A stretch of 64,000 bases of DNA from Octopus sinensis (lineage: Eukaryota). A program made the translations under genes and the position numbers. The notes under the pieces were generated by a model. It made no database searches, was not told the DNA's origin, and saw nothing but the letters and a program-made list of their open reading frames with translations. Numbering within the stretch: the first letter of the stretch is position 1; each line of letters opens with the position of its first letter. The stretch covers positions 137,454,001-137,518,000 of the forward strand of contig NC_042997.1 in the NCBI RefSeq assembly GCF_006345805.1, in the 5' to 3' direction. This document shows positions 36,841 to 49,896 of this stretch, piece after piece.

Positions 36841-37546
36841 CACAGATTTTAAAATTATTTTTTAAACTAAACAGCTTGAAACTTCTATACTGGTGTAATT
36901 TCTTATGCTGAACATGGTTCACTTTCAACATTTTTGACAAAATTTTGTATTTTAGAAGTTATTTCATGTTAAAGTTGTTGTATTTGGGTAATTTTAACCA
37001 ATCAACGACGTGTATTCAGCCGAAGAAAGCTACTGCTCTAATCAAAGAGCAACGACTTCCAGGTCATCTCTACTAAAAGTCACCACTCTATTTTCTGTTC
37101 TGTTTTATTTTTGTTTATTGTCTGTGTGGCATATTTACATGCTTTTTGATCACCACTTTGTACATTTGTATTTTTACCACTCGTACAAAGAGGCGATCGA
37201 AAAGCAAACAACAAAAAAACAAAAAACAAAACAAAGCGTGTAATATGCCACACAGGCAATAAACAAGAATAAAATAGAACATAGAAAATAGAAGATAGAG
37301 TGGTGACATTTTGTAGAGATGACCCGAAAGTTGTTGCTCTTCAATTACAGCAGTAGCTTTCTTCAGCTGAATACACATCGTTGATTGGTTAAAATTACCC
37401 AAATACAACAACTTTAACATGAAATAACTTCTAAAATACAAAATTTTGTCAAAAATGTTGAAAGTAAACCATGTTCAGCATGAGAAATTACACCAGTATA
37501 CAATTTTCAAACTGTTTAGTTAAAAAAAATAATTTTTAAATCTGTG
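36841..37546. repeat. ~700-bp imperfect palindrome (foldback element)
   Basis: cacagattttaaaattatt...gtggcatatttacatgc pairs with gcgtgtaatatgccac...aatttttaaatctgtg; centre near 37165-37195. Confidence 0.9.
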
Positions 37547-37637
37547 AATGAAACTGAAGAGATCTGATTTTTTTTCAAATTGAAGTAAACAATTGAGATT
37601 AGGAATTTTTAAAAACAAAAATCTTTTTAATATTTAA

Positions 37638-37824
37638 CCCTTTAGCATTTAAACCAGCCACATCTGGCCAAAATATTCTACCTGCTTTATGTTCAAACTT
37701 GTCAGAGCTGGCCTCTCATACCAACCCTACATTATCATTCTAAAAAAATTAAGTTACCTCATCGAACACTCAAAATTACAAAATAATGCATTACTTTTGA
37801 CAAACTAATGTGAATGCTAAAGGG
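37638..37824. mobile_element. piggyBac-type MITE
   Basis: TTAA|CCCTTTAGCATTTA...TGAATGCTAAAGGG|TTAA. Confidence 0.8.
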
Positions 37825-39343
37825 TTAAATCCATACTACATTTTGTCTAGTTTGATCTTTGATTATCATAAAATGCTTTATTCTTGGATGTGCACATAAT
37901 AACAAACTAATTTTGGAAAAAGAATCACAGTAAACCCTCGGTTTAATACATTTCAAATTTAATGGAATAATAATAATACAATACAGTACTACTATGATGG
38001 TCACAGCAAAATACTTTTCTACTATACAGTCAAAAAGGCAAGTAAAAAGCACATATGCATTATTATGAGTTAATAATTTTATATTGTACAGTTTTGCATA
38101 TTGTATTAAAACAGATTTTCTTTTTACATTAAAAATGATTAGAAAATTAGTTTACCTTTGATTTAACAGAGTTTTGGCAATAATAGAAATACCTGCCTGC
38201 CTCTATGAAATCAAGGATTTACTCTATAAAATTGAAATTAAGTCCATACTTTGAATATAGCTTGTTTCTACTTGTATGTATACATTTTGAACTGATCAAA
38301 ACAGCATAGGTGCAAATATTGCAAAAAATTATCAGTTTCAAAGATGAATTAGCTTGAAAATTTATAATAGAACACATTTCAGACACTTAGATATTTGAAT
38401 AAATGCTTTAAATACACCTATTTTCAGTTATGAACCCTGAAAAGAAAAAGGAGAGAAGGGAATTGATTTTTGATTCTGCTCTTGTAAGTATTAGAAGAGA
38501 ATTAACTAAGACAAATGACTATGCCATGGTTTGTGAGTTGTAATTTACTGCACAGAAGCATGTTTTTGTGTCTGGGAAGTGCGTCTAATTTGATTTGCAT
38601 CAGTTTTTCTTGTGATGTTCATGGCCTTTTAATGATATTAATGAAAGTAGAATGGAGGGAAAAAAACAGTCCTGTAACTATTCTCTCTGAAGCAGGGGAA
38701 AGAGCATTCACCTGTCAGTAGTGATTAAATATTATTTAACCAGACAAATTCATAAAGTCAAACCTTGTAACTACATCTATTGTTAATCCCTACTTTTCAT
38801 AAGCACACCAACATACTTGTAATTCCAATTCATTCAAGAACCTATATATGATATATTTGTATAGTTGAGGTAAATATCAATGGGCTTTATTTGAATTAAT
38901 TTGCCTGACAAATGGTTCTAACACTTCACAGTTGAGTTGTTAGTAACAATAACATCTATTAAAATTACAGTAGTCATAGCCAGTGCTAGCATTCAATTCA
39001 GGGTGTAACAAAAAAGTTACATTGAAAAACAAATGCAGTTTTCATTCTTTTGACAAATATGGAAGACAGTTCTAGACATATTCAGATTTTATGAAACCTC
39101 TTCAATGGACAACAATGATATATTTTCTGAATATTTCTATTTTTTCTACAGCAATCAATCAATGTATATTTTTGTTCATTTATTTAGTTATTCTCTCAAC
39201 AATGCTTCAGCACATACAGTTAAATATATGCTTAGCTAATGAGATCTAATAAGATTGAAATACATCCAAAGTTGTTTAACATACATGCTTTTTTTAAATC
39301 TTCCAGTCATTAAATATACTTTCATGTATTCATTGTAGTATAT

Positions 39344-39401
<58 letters not shown>

Positions 39402-39903
39402 ATATATATATATTCCTTTCCTCTATTAATCTCGTAAATATGTGAATAGCTATGTTTTGCTGAAGAGGTCTAATAAAATTGAAACATGTCCAGAGTTGTC
39501 ATTTTCTCTGCTAAAGCTCAAACTATTCTTCTCTCACTATGTTGCCTATTTCTTATATAAAGACTAGGAAACAAGCCCATTTCAAAGAGCAGTTTTAAAA
39601 ATTATTTTTGAGTTATTGCACTTATCTTTGCTGGTTGATTTAAGCATAATTCATGAATATAATGTTGACTAACGAAAGTTATCATGCTCACCACACTGTA
39701 TTACTGGTTATTTCACCATCTATAATCTAATGTGTTTACTAAAGAAGCTGCACTTCTGCCGAAGAGCTTTAACAAAAGCTAAGTTGGTCCAGAGTTCCCT
39801 CCCATACTTTCCAAGTAAAAGAAAAAAAAAAAATGCTGATCGTTAACTAACATTATTTAATGTGTAAAAATAATATCATCAAGTAATATTACTTCTTAAT
39901 GTA

Positions 39904-40103
39904 AGGTGGTGAGCTGGCATAATCATTACTGTGCCAGGTAAAATGCTTAGCTGTATTTTGTCTGTCTTTACATTCCGAGTTCAAATGTTACTGAGGTCGA
40001 CTTTGGGGTTGATAAAATAAGGACCAGTTGAGCATGAGTTGATGTAATCAACTTACACGCCCACCTCCAAATTGCTGGCCTTGTGCCAAAGATTGAAACC
40101 AAT
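39904..40103 (+). mobile_element. tRNA-derived SINE, family 1
   Basis: ggtggtgagctggcataatc...ccgagttcaaatg...ggccttgtgccaaagattgaaacc. Confidence 0.75.
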
Positions 40104-40789
40104 ATTACTTCCTAATTTCAATATACTTTTGATTTTTAATGCTCAAATCATTCAACAAGTGGATGGTCCTTGAGTGCTTTTAGCAACATTCAAACTGTAG
40201 ACAGCATTAGGATCAACCCTCATGTTGTAGTAGAGATATTTAAGCTGGACACCAACTGCAATCTTATTAGTCTTGGAAGGAACTATAAAGATTATAGGTA
40301 CTGTCCCCTCCTCTGATGACTAACTTATGTAACTGAAAAAATAAAATAATATCTTGGTCATTACAAAACTTAGGTGAGAGCTGTATAAGCCATGTTAACT
40401 GGCACACTGTCGGTTACAACGATGAGGGTTCCACATGATACCTGTTCGTGATTAACAGAACAGCCTGCTCGTGATTAACGTGCATGTGGCTGACCACTCC
40501 AGACACGTGTACCCTTAACGTAGTTCTCAGGGAGATTCTGTGTGACACAGAGTATGACAAGGCTGGCCCTTTGAAATACAGGTACAACTCATTTTTGCCA
40601 GCGGAGTGGACTGGAGCAGCGTGAATTAAAGTGTCTTGCTCAAGGATACAATGCCTTGCCGGACATTGAACTTACGACCTTGTGACAGTGAGCTGAATAC
40701 TCTAACCACCTAATGACCTAGATTTCAAAGCTGAATCTATTGAAGTATTAGGGGATAAATTCTAAATGCAGATGTAAAGAAAAGTAGGA

Positions 40790-41420
40790 ATTCTAGATGA
40801 TGTATTTAATGTAAACAAAGAGTTCATGATGTATGTGGGATTACAAGTTAGCTGATAGAGAAGACCTCGTTTGCAACAGATGCACTGAAATCGCTAACAC
40901 GAAGAGCACCCATAATGTAAATCATTATAAATACCCAGAGGGCTCGCCAGAAGTAGTTAATAGCTTCCATTATTTAACTGACCTAATTTGCAGGGGAGGA
41001 GGGTATCCCAAAAGCATAGAAATCAATATAAGAATGGGTAGGAAAAACTTAAGGAGTTATATCTCTGGCAACAAGGGGATTTTCTCTCCAAGTGAAAGAA
41101 AGATTGTATGACACAAGTAGACAAAGTGCAATGCTGCACAACAGTGAAACACGGGCACTGAATGCAGAGGATGTGTGAAGATTTGAAAGAAATGAAGCAA
41201 ACATGTTTTCTGGATGTGTAATAAGTATGAATGATGGAGCACTAATGAAGAGAAAAACAGGGGTATAAAAGGAATCAGGTGTGTACAAAGGAGTAAAGAA
41301 ATGTTAAGTGATTTAAATAGAAGTTAATCTGTTCTACTCTGCAAATGACGAATACTAAAGACATGAAAAGTGGTAAAAGCTAATTTTGGGAGACCTCATG
41401 TAGGAGAGGACAAAAAAATT
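40790..41420 (+). mobile_element. Old, decayed RTE 3' ORF fragment
   Basis: DLVCNRCT..PEVVNSFHYL..GGG remnants align with the RTE post-PHD region; many stops. Confidence 0.65.
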
Positions 41421-43265
41421 GTGCATGTAAGCATTGAAAACGATGTATGCTGATGAAGAATAATAGAAACACTTCCTTGACAGAATACAAATAACAAAGT
41501 TTTGGGAAAACCATCTATCAACTCATTCTGGTATAGAAAAGAAGTTGGAATATATTTTCATAGGATAACCTTTCTTATCACTGAAAATTGATAATGAATT
41601 TTTATTTAAATGGGGAACAAAATAAAGGCTAAAATAATGTTATAAATTGAACAGAAACTGTGTAGGTAAAATACATAATGGTAAAAGTTACAACAGTAAA
41701 TGTTGTAAAAGATTACGTTTTTTACAGAGGAAAATAATCAGAATTATTAGGGAAAACTGCAATTCTTCCTATAGTTTAGAATCCTTTTTCTATATAAAAG
41801 AGGATTAGCTAATGAAATGAAGTAAAATTACTTCAACTATAAATCACTGAGTTCCTAACATCTCACGATTTAAAGTTGCATATTGAATTAATTTCATATT
41901 GTAGAACTTCATACTAACTGGTAATAATTGCCATGCATACTATGAGAATCCGAGTTTCCTTTCGAAACTATTCTAGCAGTGTAATGTAATAATTTGTCTA
42001 GTAAAGGAATTTATATTTGAGACTCTAACTAGAATATGCAGCATTTTTCTGGGGGAGCATATAAAAAAAAATAAACAAAAAATATATCAGTGGAATCTCA
42101 ATGCCAAGATTCATTATACCCTACTCTACATAATTACAACAGATTGGAAAATACCTTAAGTAGCACCAAACAGGCTCAAGAGTAACGAATGAACGAAAAT
42201 ATATTTTCAGCTCATAAGAGTTTTTAAGAAATGGCTTAAGTTTTATTGCATGTAATCAAATGGAATCGTTATTTAAATTTCATCACTTAGTTCTGATATT
42301 GAGTAAATACTAAATTGAAGTCCTGTTCAGATCTTGATAAAATTCACACCGGTAATATAGTGTCCGATTCATATCAAATAGAAATATCGCTGGTGGGAGA
42401 AGAAAATGAAAGTGTCCACATCGACAATATGGGATCAACAAAAATATTACTTTTTACGAACGAATAGATACCGCTATTCAATTAGTTTTTTTTCCGCTCC
42501 TACAAAAAAAAACAACGAAAAAACCCCAGCAAATCCAGTGCAGCAAAGAACGTAATTTCTTCGGATGTTCTACGCATCCTAAATTTGTTTTCTTTTTGCA
42601 GAGTTATAATTTATGATGCTTAAAGCATACAGAGAAATTACTATTATTTTTTTCCAAACTGGATAATTTTAGACTTTTGTCTTTATGTACGCCTTTATAT
42701 ATATATATAAAATAAAACCCAGGAGGGAAGGACAGTGCATTCTCATAATGGGGATCTGGCCCTAATGTTTACGAGAATCCTGCTAAAAGCACTTAAAACG
42801 CCAGTGGGTGGTGTTAAGCCGGGCGATAGTTAAGTACCGCCCAAGTAGACAATGGCGGGATTTGAGCTCAGAACGCCAAGAATCAAATCAAATACTACAA
42901 GACATCCCATCAGAGGCTTAAACTATTCTACCAGATATTAATATTTAAGCAATATTTTGCAACATTGCCAATATTTACTAATAAAGTGACGATCGATGAA
43001 ACGTGGAAAGCAAGATTTCAAAAAATCGTTTCAGTAGCTTGGTTTCATGTAGTAAGCTTTTTTCATTACACTTAGATCATTAAACCCTTGTGTGGCAGAA
43101 GATTCTTTTCATTTCACCCTCCCTATAAAAGGATTTTACCAAGTCAAAGCAACCACTTATTGGATTATAATTTCGATTCCTACTTGAAATTAATTTCATT
43201 TCCTTTGCTTTTAGTAAGGACATGGATATTACATTTAATTTCTTCGACTGGGTGCATTCAAGGCG

Positions 43266-43300
<35 letters not shown>

Positions 43301-43796
43301 ACAGGCGAATTTTTAATATTATACCCGTCTCACAAAACGGGTGTAAACTCTGATTGGAGGATTTTTACAATAGCTACCACATCCTCGTGGAGAAGGTTAA
43401 AGCAAGAAACTGAGTGACTGTTTCCTTTTGTGAAAGAATTTTTTGTCCAAAATATTTTTTTTTCTTTTACATTTTTACTATTACACTCGTCTCACGAGAC
43501 TGGTGTAATAGTGTAAAAAGATTTTTAAAACCCCTCAACCTCAGGGGTGGAAAAAAATACTATTCTGATAGCAGGTGCTGCGCAAGGCTCTATTTTCCAC
43601 GAACTCTGTTTCGATTCCCAATATACTTGGAAAAGGCACCAATATCACAGGTTTCAATTTTCTTACACTCTGTAAATCAATTAAATTCATATCGATACAA
43701 GAAATATTGTTTCGGACTAGGTATCGTGCAAACTTTGGCAGACGAATCAACAAGTTTTTATGTCACCGCCCCCAACAAAGTACACATATTAAAGCA

Positions 43797-44132
43797 ATGT
43801 TCAACACCTTAAAAGAACACAAATTGCTGCAGCTAGCTTATATGATAGAAAATGATAAGTTACAAATCAACAGTGTTCGAGATGGTCAATTGTTAACAAA
43901 CATATTGGAGAATTTTCTTTTGTTGACATTGAATAAAGCACATTACGCCGAAAGAGAAAGTTTTTTTCTAGAAAATATATTCAGATATAATAATAAAGGA
44001 AATCAGGATGTGTCTTTAAAATTACCTTGTCAGAGTCCTTTTTTGTTAGGAATCGACGAAGCATTTTCCAGTAATTTTGATTATCGTGAATATTTAAAAA
44101 TTATTTTTAAAGATTTAATTCCTTGGAAGTAA
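43797..44132 (+). CDS. Unidentified ORF (MFNTLKEHKLL...FKDLIPWK, 111 aa; frame open from 43572); possible first exon of a divergent gene
   Basis: 186 consecutive sense codons in non-repetitive AT-rich DNA; possible phase-2 donor AA|GTAAAT at 44129/44130; no recognisable motif. Confidence 0.4.
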   Translation: MFNTLKEHKLLQLAYMIENDKLQINSVRDGQLLTNILENFLLLTLNKAHYAERESFFLENIFRYNNKGNQDVSLKLPCQSPFLLGIDEAFSSNFDYREYLKIIFKDLIPWK

Positions 44133-44840
44133 ATTGCTTTCAAACAGAAACACCGCCATAACAGAACGTTCTTTATTCATATAATAGTCTACAGTCGACA
44201 ATATAAAGAGACCACTGTCATACAAAGAACTTCAGCCGAACTCGTTTTTATTATATCACATTATAAGGACAGGATTGATCAAATTGCTTAATTTTCTTGC
44301 ATGCAATGTAGGTCAATGTGTTTCTATTTGCTTGCTTCTTTGTGTATATACAAAAAAAGCCTATGTACGTTTCGATTCTAGCCTATGAATAAATGCATAA
44401 TTTCAAGAATTGGATTAAACCCAATGGTGAGAATCAATTATCATTTTGAATAATATAGGGTAGAATCTCTCAAGGGTTTTGGTCTTTTAAAAAAAGGAAG
44501 GTTACATGCTTATGGAAACGATTAAATTTAATCCCTTCCATAATCATGTAATTCAAAAATTTATTTGTATTCAGATTTTATCTTGGAATGATGTTAACAA
44601 ATTATTTTACATCCTTACCAACTCTCCATTTTCTCATCTTTTATGAAATAATACTTATAATAATCCCATATATATTGTGGGTTCTTTCCTCAAATATGTT
44701 GGTGATTAAACCCGTGAAATTTTTTATATATTAATCCCTTAGGAGGATAAGACATCCTTGACTTGACTGAAGACTATATATATATACGTTTAAATATTTG
44801 TTGTGCAAGATTTTTTATGTGAAGTCGTGTGTTGAAACAG

Positions 44841-46718
44841 ATATTGTTATATTTCGGAATGGTCATATTGCCAGTTTAGCCAATAAAAACACACGCACTA
44901 TATATTTGGTGTTATTTTGCTTCAGTGATATTTATTTTTTACATTAATCTTAATCTTATTTCGGCCAAAGTTCTTTCGTCACACTCCTGTGACCGCATCA
45001 GTGGTCCTTTGTTTTCTTCTCACTTACTTGTGTCTCTCCTTACTAACCGTCAGCCATTTTGTATTTCTATTGTATGTCTTCATTTGCGCATGCTTATATC
45101 TCTATGTGCGTCTATCAGTACTAGACACTGAACTCTGGCTAGAAATTGTGAAAAATAAAACCCAAATCCTTCATTCATACTATGCAAAACCTATGGCCTC
45201 AAAATACCTGATCCACCGGAACTCAGCCATTGCGGGCAATGCCAAATTCAATATTTTGATGGCAGACCTCGTCAGAATAATGAGAAATGTGTCACGCATG
45301 TGCGAGCCTACAGAATTAAAGAGACACATACAGTATTTCATTCACCGCATGCAGTTCTCAGGTTACAGCCATAAAGAAAAGATCAGAGTATACAAAGGAG
45401 CCATGAAGAAATTTGATAATATATTATGTAATGATAGGAATGGGATTTGCCCACTCTATAGGAACAAGTCATGGAACACTATAGAAAGGACAAAAAAGAA
45501 AATAGGGAAGGCCAACTCTTGGTATGATAGCCATAAATACCAGAGTGTCATGTTCGTTGACACCACCCCTGGAGGTGAACTAGCGTACCGCTTTAGAAGG
45601 ACCCTAGATAAACTTAAACTAAGAATTAAGGTTGTTGAAAAGCCAGGCAACCCTATCAGATCTATAATTGGTAGAAGCTATCCTTTTAGTAGAACTCTCT
45701 GTACGGATAACTATTGCACTGTATGTAGATTTAGCCCACAAACGAACTGTAAAGCCAGAAATGTGGTCTATAGTATAAGATGTATAGAGGGACGATGCAG
45801 TAACAAGACAGTAACATACGTAGGGGAAACTGCAAGAAGCATTGGTGAGCGGGTGAATGAACATTGGAAACAACTCAAGGAAGGTAAAAGCTCATCGATT
45901 CTGTACCAACACGCCGAACAAGAACACGGGGGATCAATCAATAACATAGAGATTAATATATTGTCCACACATAGAACAGATGCAACAATTAGACAAATTA
46001 CAGAAGCTACACATATAATAGAAAATAAACCTAGCCTGAATAGAAAACTAGAATGGAGCAATAGCGCACTCCACAACATATGACAATAGTGGATCCTGCA
46101 AACATAATAAATACACAGGTAATTAAAGAAATAGAAATGAATATCTATATGTGTATGTATGTGTGTATATATGTATGTATATGTATATGTATATGTATGT
46201 ATATATATATATGTATATGTATATTTTTTTTTTTTTTTTTCGATTAGATTTATTATTATTATTACTAATATTGTTGTTATACATACATACAAGCATATGT
46301 AATGATAATAATGGGTGGACGTAAACACATGAACAAAATTAGAACAAAAGCAACAACAACAAAAACAAAATACAAATTACAAGAATGTACATAACCAGAA
46401 GATACAAATATTACAGGCATCCCCCCCCACACACTAAATAAACATAGACGCACATAGAGATATAAGCATGCGCAAATGAAGACATACAATAGAAATACAA
46501 AATGGCTGACGGTTAGTAAGGAGAGACACAAGTAAGTGAGAAGAAAACAAAGGACCACTGATGCGGTCACAGGAGTGTGACGAAAGAACTTTGGCCGAAA
46601 TAAGATTAAGATTAATGTAAAAAATAAATATCACTGAAGCAAAATAACACCAAATATATAGTGCGTGTGTTTTTATTGGCTAAACTGGTAATATGACCAT
46701 TCCGAAATATAACAATAT
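44841..46718 (+). mobile_element. 5'-truncated Penelope-like element (Neptune-type) with ~275-bp inverted terminal arms
   Basis: Arms 44841-45115 and 46444-46718 are near-identical reverse complements. The body is open from ~45116 to the stop at 46083: thumb YAKPMASKYLIHRNSA, Cys linker CTDNYCTVC..NC, GIY-YIG NVVYSIRC..YVGETARSIGERVNEH. Confidence 0.92.
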
Positions 46719-46761
<43 letters not shown>

Positions 46762-46910
46762 ATATATATATTTGAGTAGAAAAATGAAATATCTTTTTAT
46801 GGATAATTCATTTAACCGATACCTGGGTAGCAAATTCACATCAGAAATAACACGGTTGAAGTTACGTGCCTAGGGCAGAGACTACGTGTTTTCGTGTGGA
46901 AATTTGTGTG

Positions 46911-47253
46911 TATTTTTATAAAATTTATGAATAAATGAAAGAATGGAGTTGAACGACAAATTAACAAATTTCCTTTATTTTCAACATATGTTTCGAAGGC
47001 TGCATATTCCTAATTATGAAGGAATAAGGAGTACATTATGCCGCTTTCTCATCAGGAAAAACAAGGAATTTATGTCAGCATCAAGATTCACAAAAACTTT
47101 TAGATGACTGCTCTCACGGAGAAAGCGGCATAATGTACTCCTTATTCCTTCACAATTAGGAATATGCAGCCTTCGAAACATATGTCGAAAATAAAGGAAA
47201 TTTGTTAATTTGTCGTTCACCTCCATTCTTTCATTTATTCTTAAATTTTATAA

Positions 47254-47259
<6 letters not shown>
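46911..47259. repeat. Palindromic element with ~140-bp near-identical arms (46911-47050 / 47119-47259) and a 68-bp spacer
   Basis: Direct reverse-complement match with only a few mismatches; followed by (TA)n. Confidence 0.92.
46966..47071 (-). ncRNA. Putative type I hammerhead ribozyme (PLE-type, palindromic stem III)
   Basis: Minus strand: ...uuuuuc CUGAUGA GAAAGCGGCAUA-(30 nt)-UAUGCAGCCUUC GAAA CAUAUGU U gaaaa... All core nucleotides present; stem II 10/12 paired, stem I 5 bp plus an extension, cleavage triplet GUU (cut after 46983). Activity untested. Confidence 0.62.
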
Positions 47260-47317
<58 letters not shown>

Positions 47318-47874
47318 CACAGGCGTAGCTGTGTAGTAAGAAGCTCGCTTCCCAACCTTATGGTTTCAGCTTCAGTCCCACTGCTTGGCACCTTGGACAA
47401 GTGTCTTTTACTATAGCTTTAGGCCGAACCAAAACCTTGAGAGTAGATTTAGTAGACAGAAACTGAAAGAAGCCCATTGTGTCTGTGTGTATGTGTGTGT
47501 GTGTGTGTGTATGCATGTGTATGTGTGTTTTTATATATATGATTGAAGAAATTGGAGTCAACATGAAAGAGTACAGTTGGACAGTTATTCTTTAATCACT
47601 ACAATTGTTTCCACACCACATGGTTCTCCAAAATTATAGGTATTTGGTTATGCAATTGTTTGCTTGTATAATGAGATCCCGTTGTGTTTCCTCGGTTGAT
47701 ATTCAAGTGTTGTCTCCGTTAGTTTAAAAACTTTGAATTCAAGTCCATCCCATCCATTCATCTCGGAAAATAATGCTATCAGATAGTATTATCTGGTAGC
47801 ATCAGGTGGGCGACCTTTATTCTGTATGTTGTCAAGTTCTTAACAGAATATACCATAACTATTTATATGTATGC

Positions 47875-47911
<37 letters not shown>

Positions 47912-49896
47912 ATATATAAAAATGATAAGAAAATGGAGATTTATGACTGACATATTTTAATTTATTAACAATACTATACTATTATAATATAATATAATAT
48001 AAATATAGATATTGGATTATAATATTTATATTAATATTTATAATTATACTTATATTATAATAATATGTTGTGTTAATAAATTAAAATGTGTTAGTCTTAA
48101 ATCTCCATTTTCTTTTCATATTTGTATATTGAATACATACCCATTTGAATTGTGGAAAAGTTTTTCTCTGCTATATTGGGTATTAAACTGCCAAACCAGT
48201 GAAAAATTGGATGGTTCTATCCCTATAGAGGAGATTGTTTCTCCTTGCATTGGATTTTAATATATATATATATATATGGGTGGGGCTTAGCCGTGTAGTT
48301 ACTCTGTTTTAACTGAATCACAAGACTCTACTGAACCTTGAAACCAGTGCTGCCATCTCATACAGCTTTGGGCTTTTATTATAAGTGCAGGTGTGACAGT
48401 GAGGTAAGAAGCTTGCTTCCCAGCCACAGGGTTCTGGGTTCAGTCCTACTGCATGGCATCTTGGGCGAGTGTCTTCTACTATAACCTCAGGCTGACCAAA
48501 GCCTTGTAAATGGATTTGGTAGACAGAAACTGAAAGAAGCCCATCGTATATCTATATATATATATGTATATACTTATGTGTGTGTGTGTGTATAAAATGC
48601 CTTTATTTCAATTTTTTTTATTTCATGTCAGACTATGTCTTCTCTGATGGATAGGCTTCTTGATCGGAACAATTTCTGCATTATTTGGGGCAATTTATAA
48701 TATATCAATAAACTAAACTTTTCGTTTTTCCATTTGGGGCATAAATGTAAAGATTTTTCTTAGCTCACTGCTAATGCTTTTGAGGGTTTTTCAAATCTGT
48801 TACCCTAATGAAATTCCTTATACACATGCATACACACATACACACTCACAAACTCACACACACACACACACACACACGCACACACACATAGCATGAGCAA
48901 TATATGTACATAGAGAGTGAGAGAGAGAGTGTCATAAAGATACATAAAGAAGGGGAAAGTTTACAATGAGAAATATGTAAATTGTCGTCAAAGTTTTCAA
49001 AATTTTTAAATTAAGTGAAAATTTAAAAATTTGGTATATTGAAGTACTTTTTCATGCTGAATCTAATTAAGTGATTTATCTATTCAATGATAAATTTAGA
49101 AAATTGTTACAGAGGTTTAAAGTTTGATTATTTTTACCCACTTGGAAAACAGTATTTGGAAGCTAGCATTTTCTGCGTGATAGCTGTCTATCATAAAATG
49201 AATGTAAACATTACAACAATAATGTTTTAAACAAAATGAAAGTAATTACATGTCATAGCAAGCAAGAGAGGTGGGGCAGCAGCATGCATGAAATATATGC
49301 ATATACAGAAAGTGATAAAAAGTACAGTAAATATATAGAGGTGAAAAGTGTAAAAGAGAGAGACAGATATAGAGTGGTAAATTTGTTGATCTAAAAGATG
49401 AGTTATTTCTCATTGCAAATTATATTTTTTGTTTAATTATAACTAAAAACCTTGGAATGCAGATTTTGAAAATCAAATCCATTTTTCTTGAGAACTCACT
49501 GTTTTGGAGCCTTTCTGTGGTATACCCACATACATACATACACTCTCATTTATATATATATATATAAGTAACAAAGTGCTAGCACCAAGCAGTGTTTAAG
49601 CATAAGCAAAATTTAGTCTAGTTAAAGTATGTTTGTAACATATTTGCCTTTTAGCAGTTGAAATATGTTGCAAACATATTTTAACTAACCTAAATTTTGA
49701 TATATATAGGGGTTGGACAAAATAATGGAAACACCTAGCATTATAGCATCATAATTTTGAAATATCTATAAAACTGTCAAAAGCTTGTTTATTTTTATGC
49801 TTTTTGATTTATTATTAGTGTTGCTTAATATGTTTTGCTAAAAATTGCTGCTTCTTTTCAGATATCATCAGAAAAAGGTAATTAAAGTTCATTAAA

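Noticed and set aside
37015-37080. CUGAAGA-like hammerhead in the 36.8-37.5 kb palindrome
   Set aside because: No GAAA follows the putative stem II on the same strand.
38417-38460. Strong minus-strand acceptor (cttctctcctttttcttttcAG) with a nearby GT as an EEA1 5' exon
   Set aside because: The micro-exon would be 19 nt with no ATG, and two of three frames are closed. It could be a UTR exon but cannot be supported from sequence alone.
46558-46610. Hammerhead in the PLE terminal arm (CUGAUGC-GGUCA...UGGCC-GAAA)
   Set aside because: The conserved A9 is C, and no stem III/NUH site or stem I can be formed.
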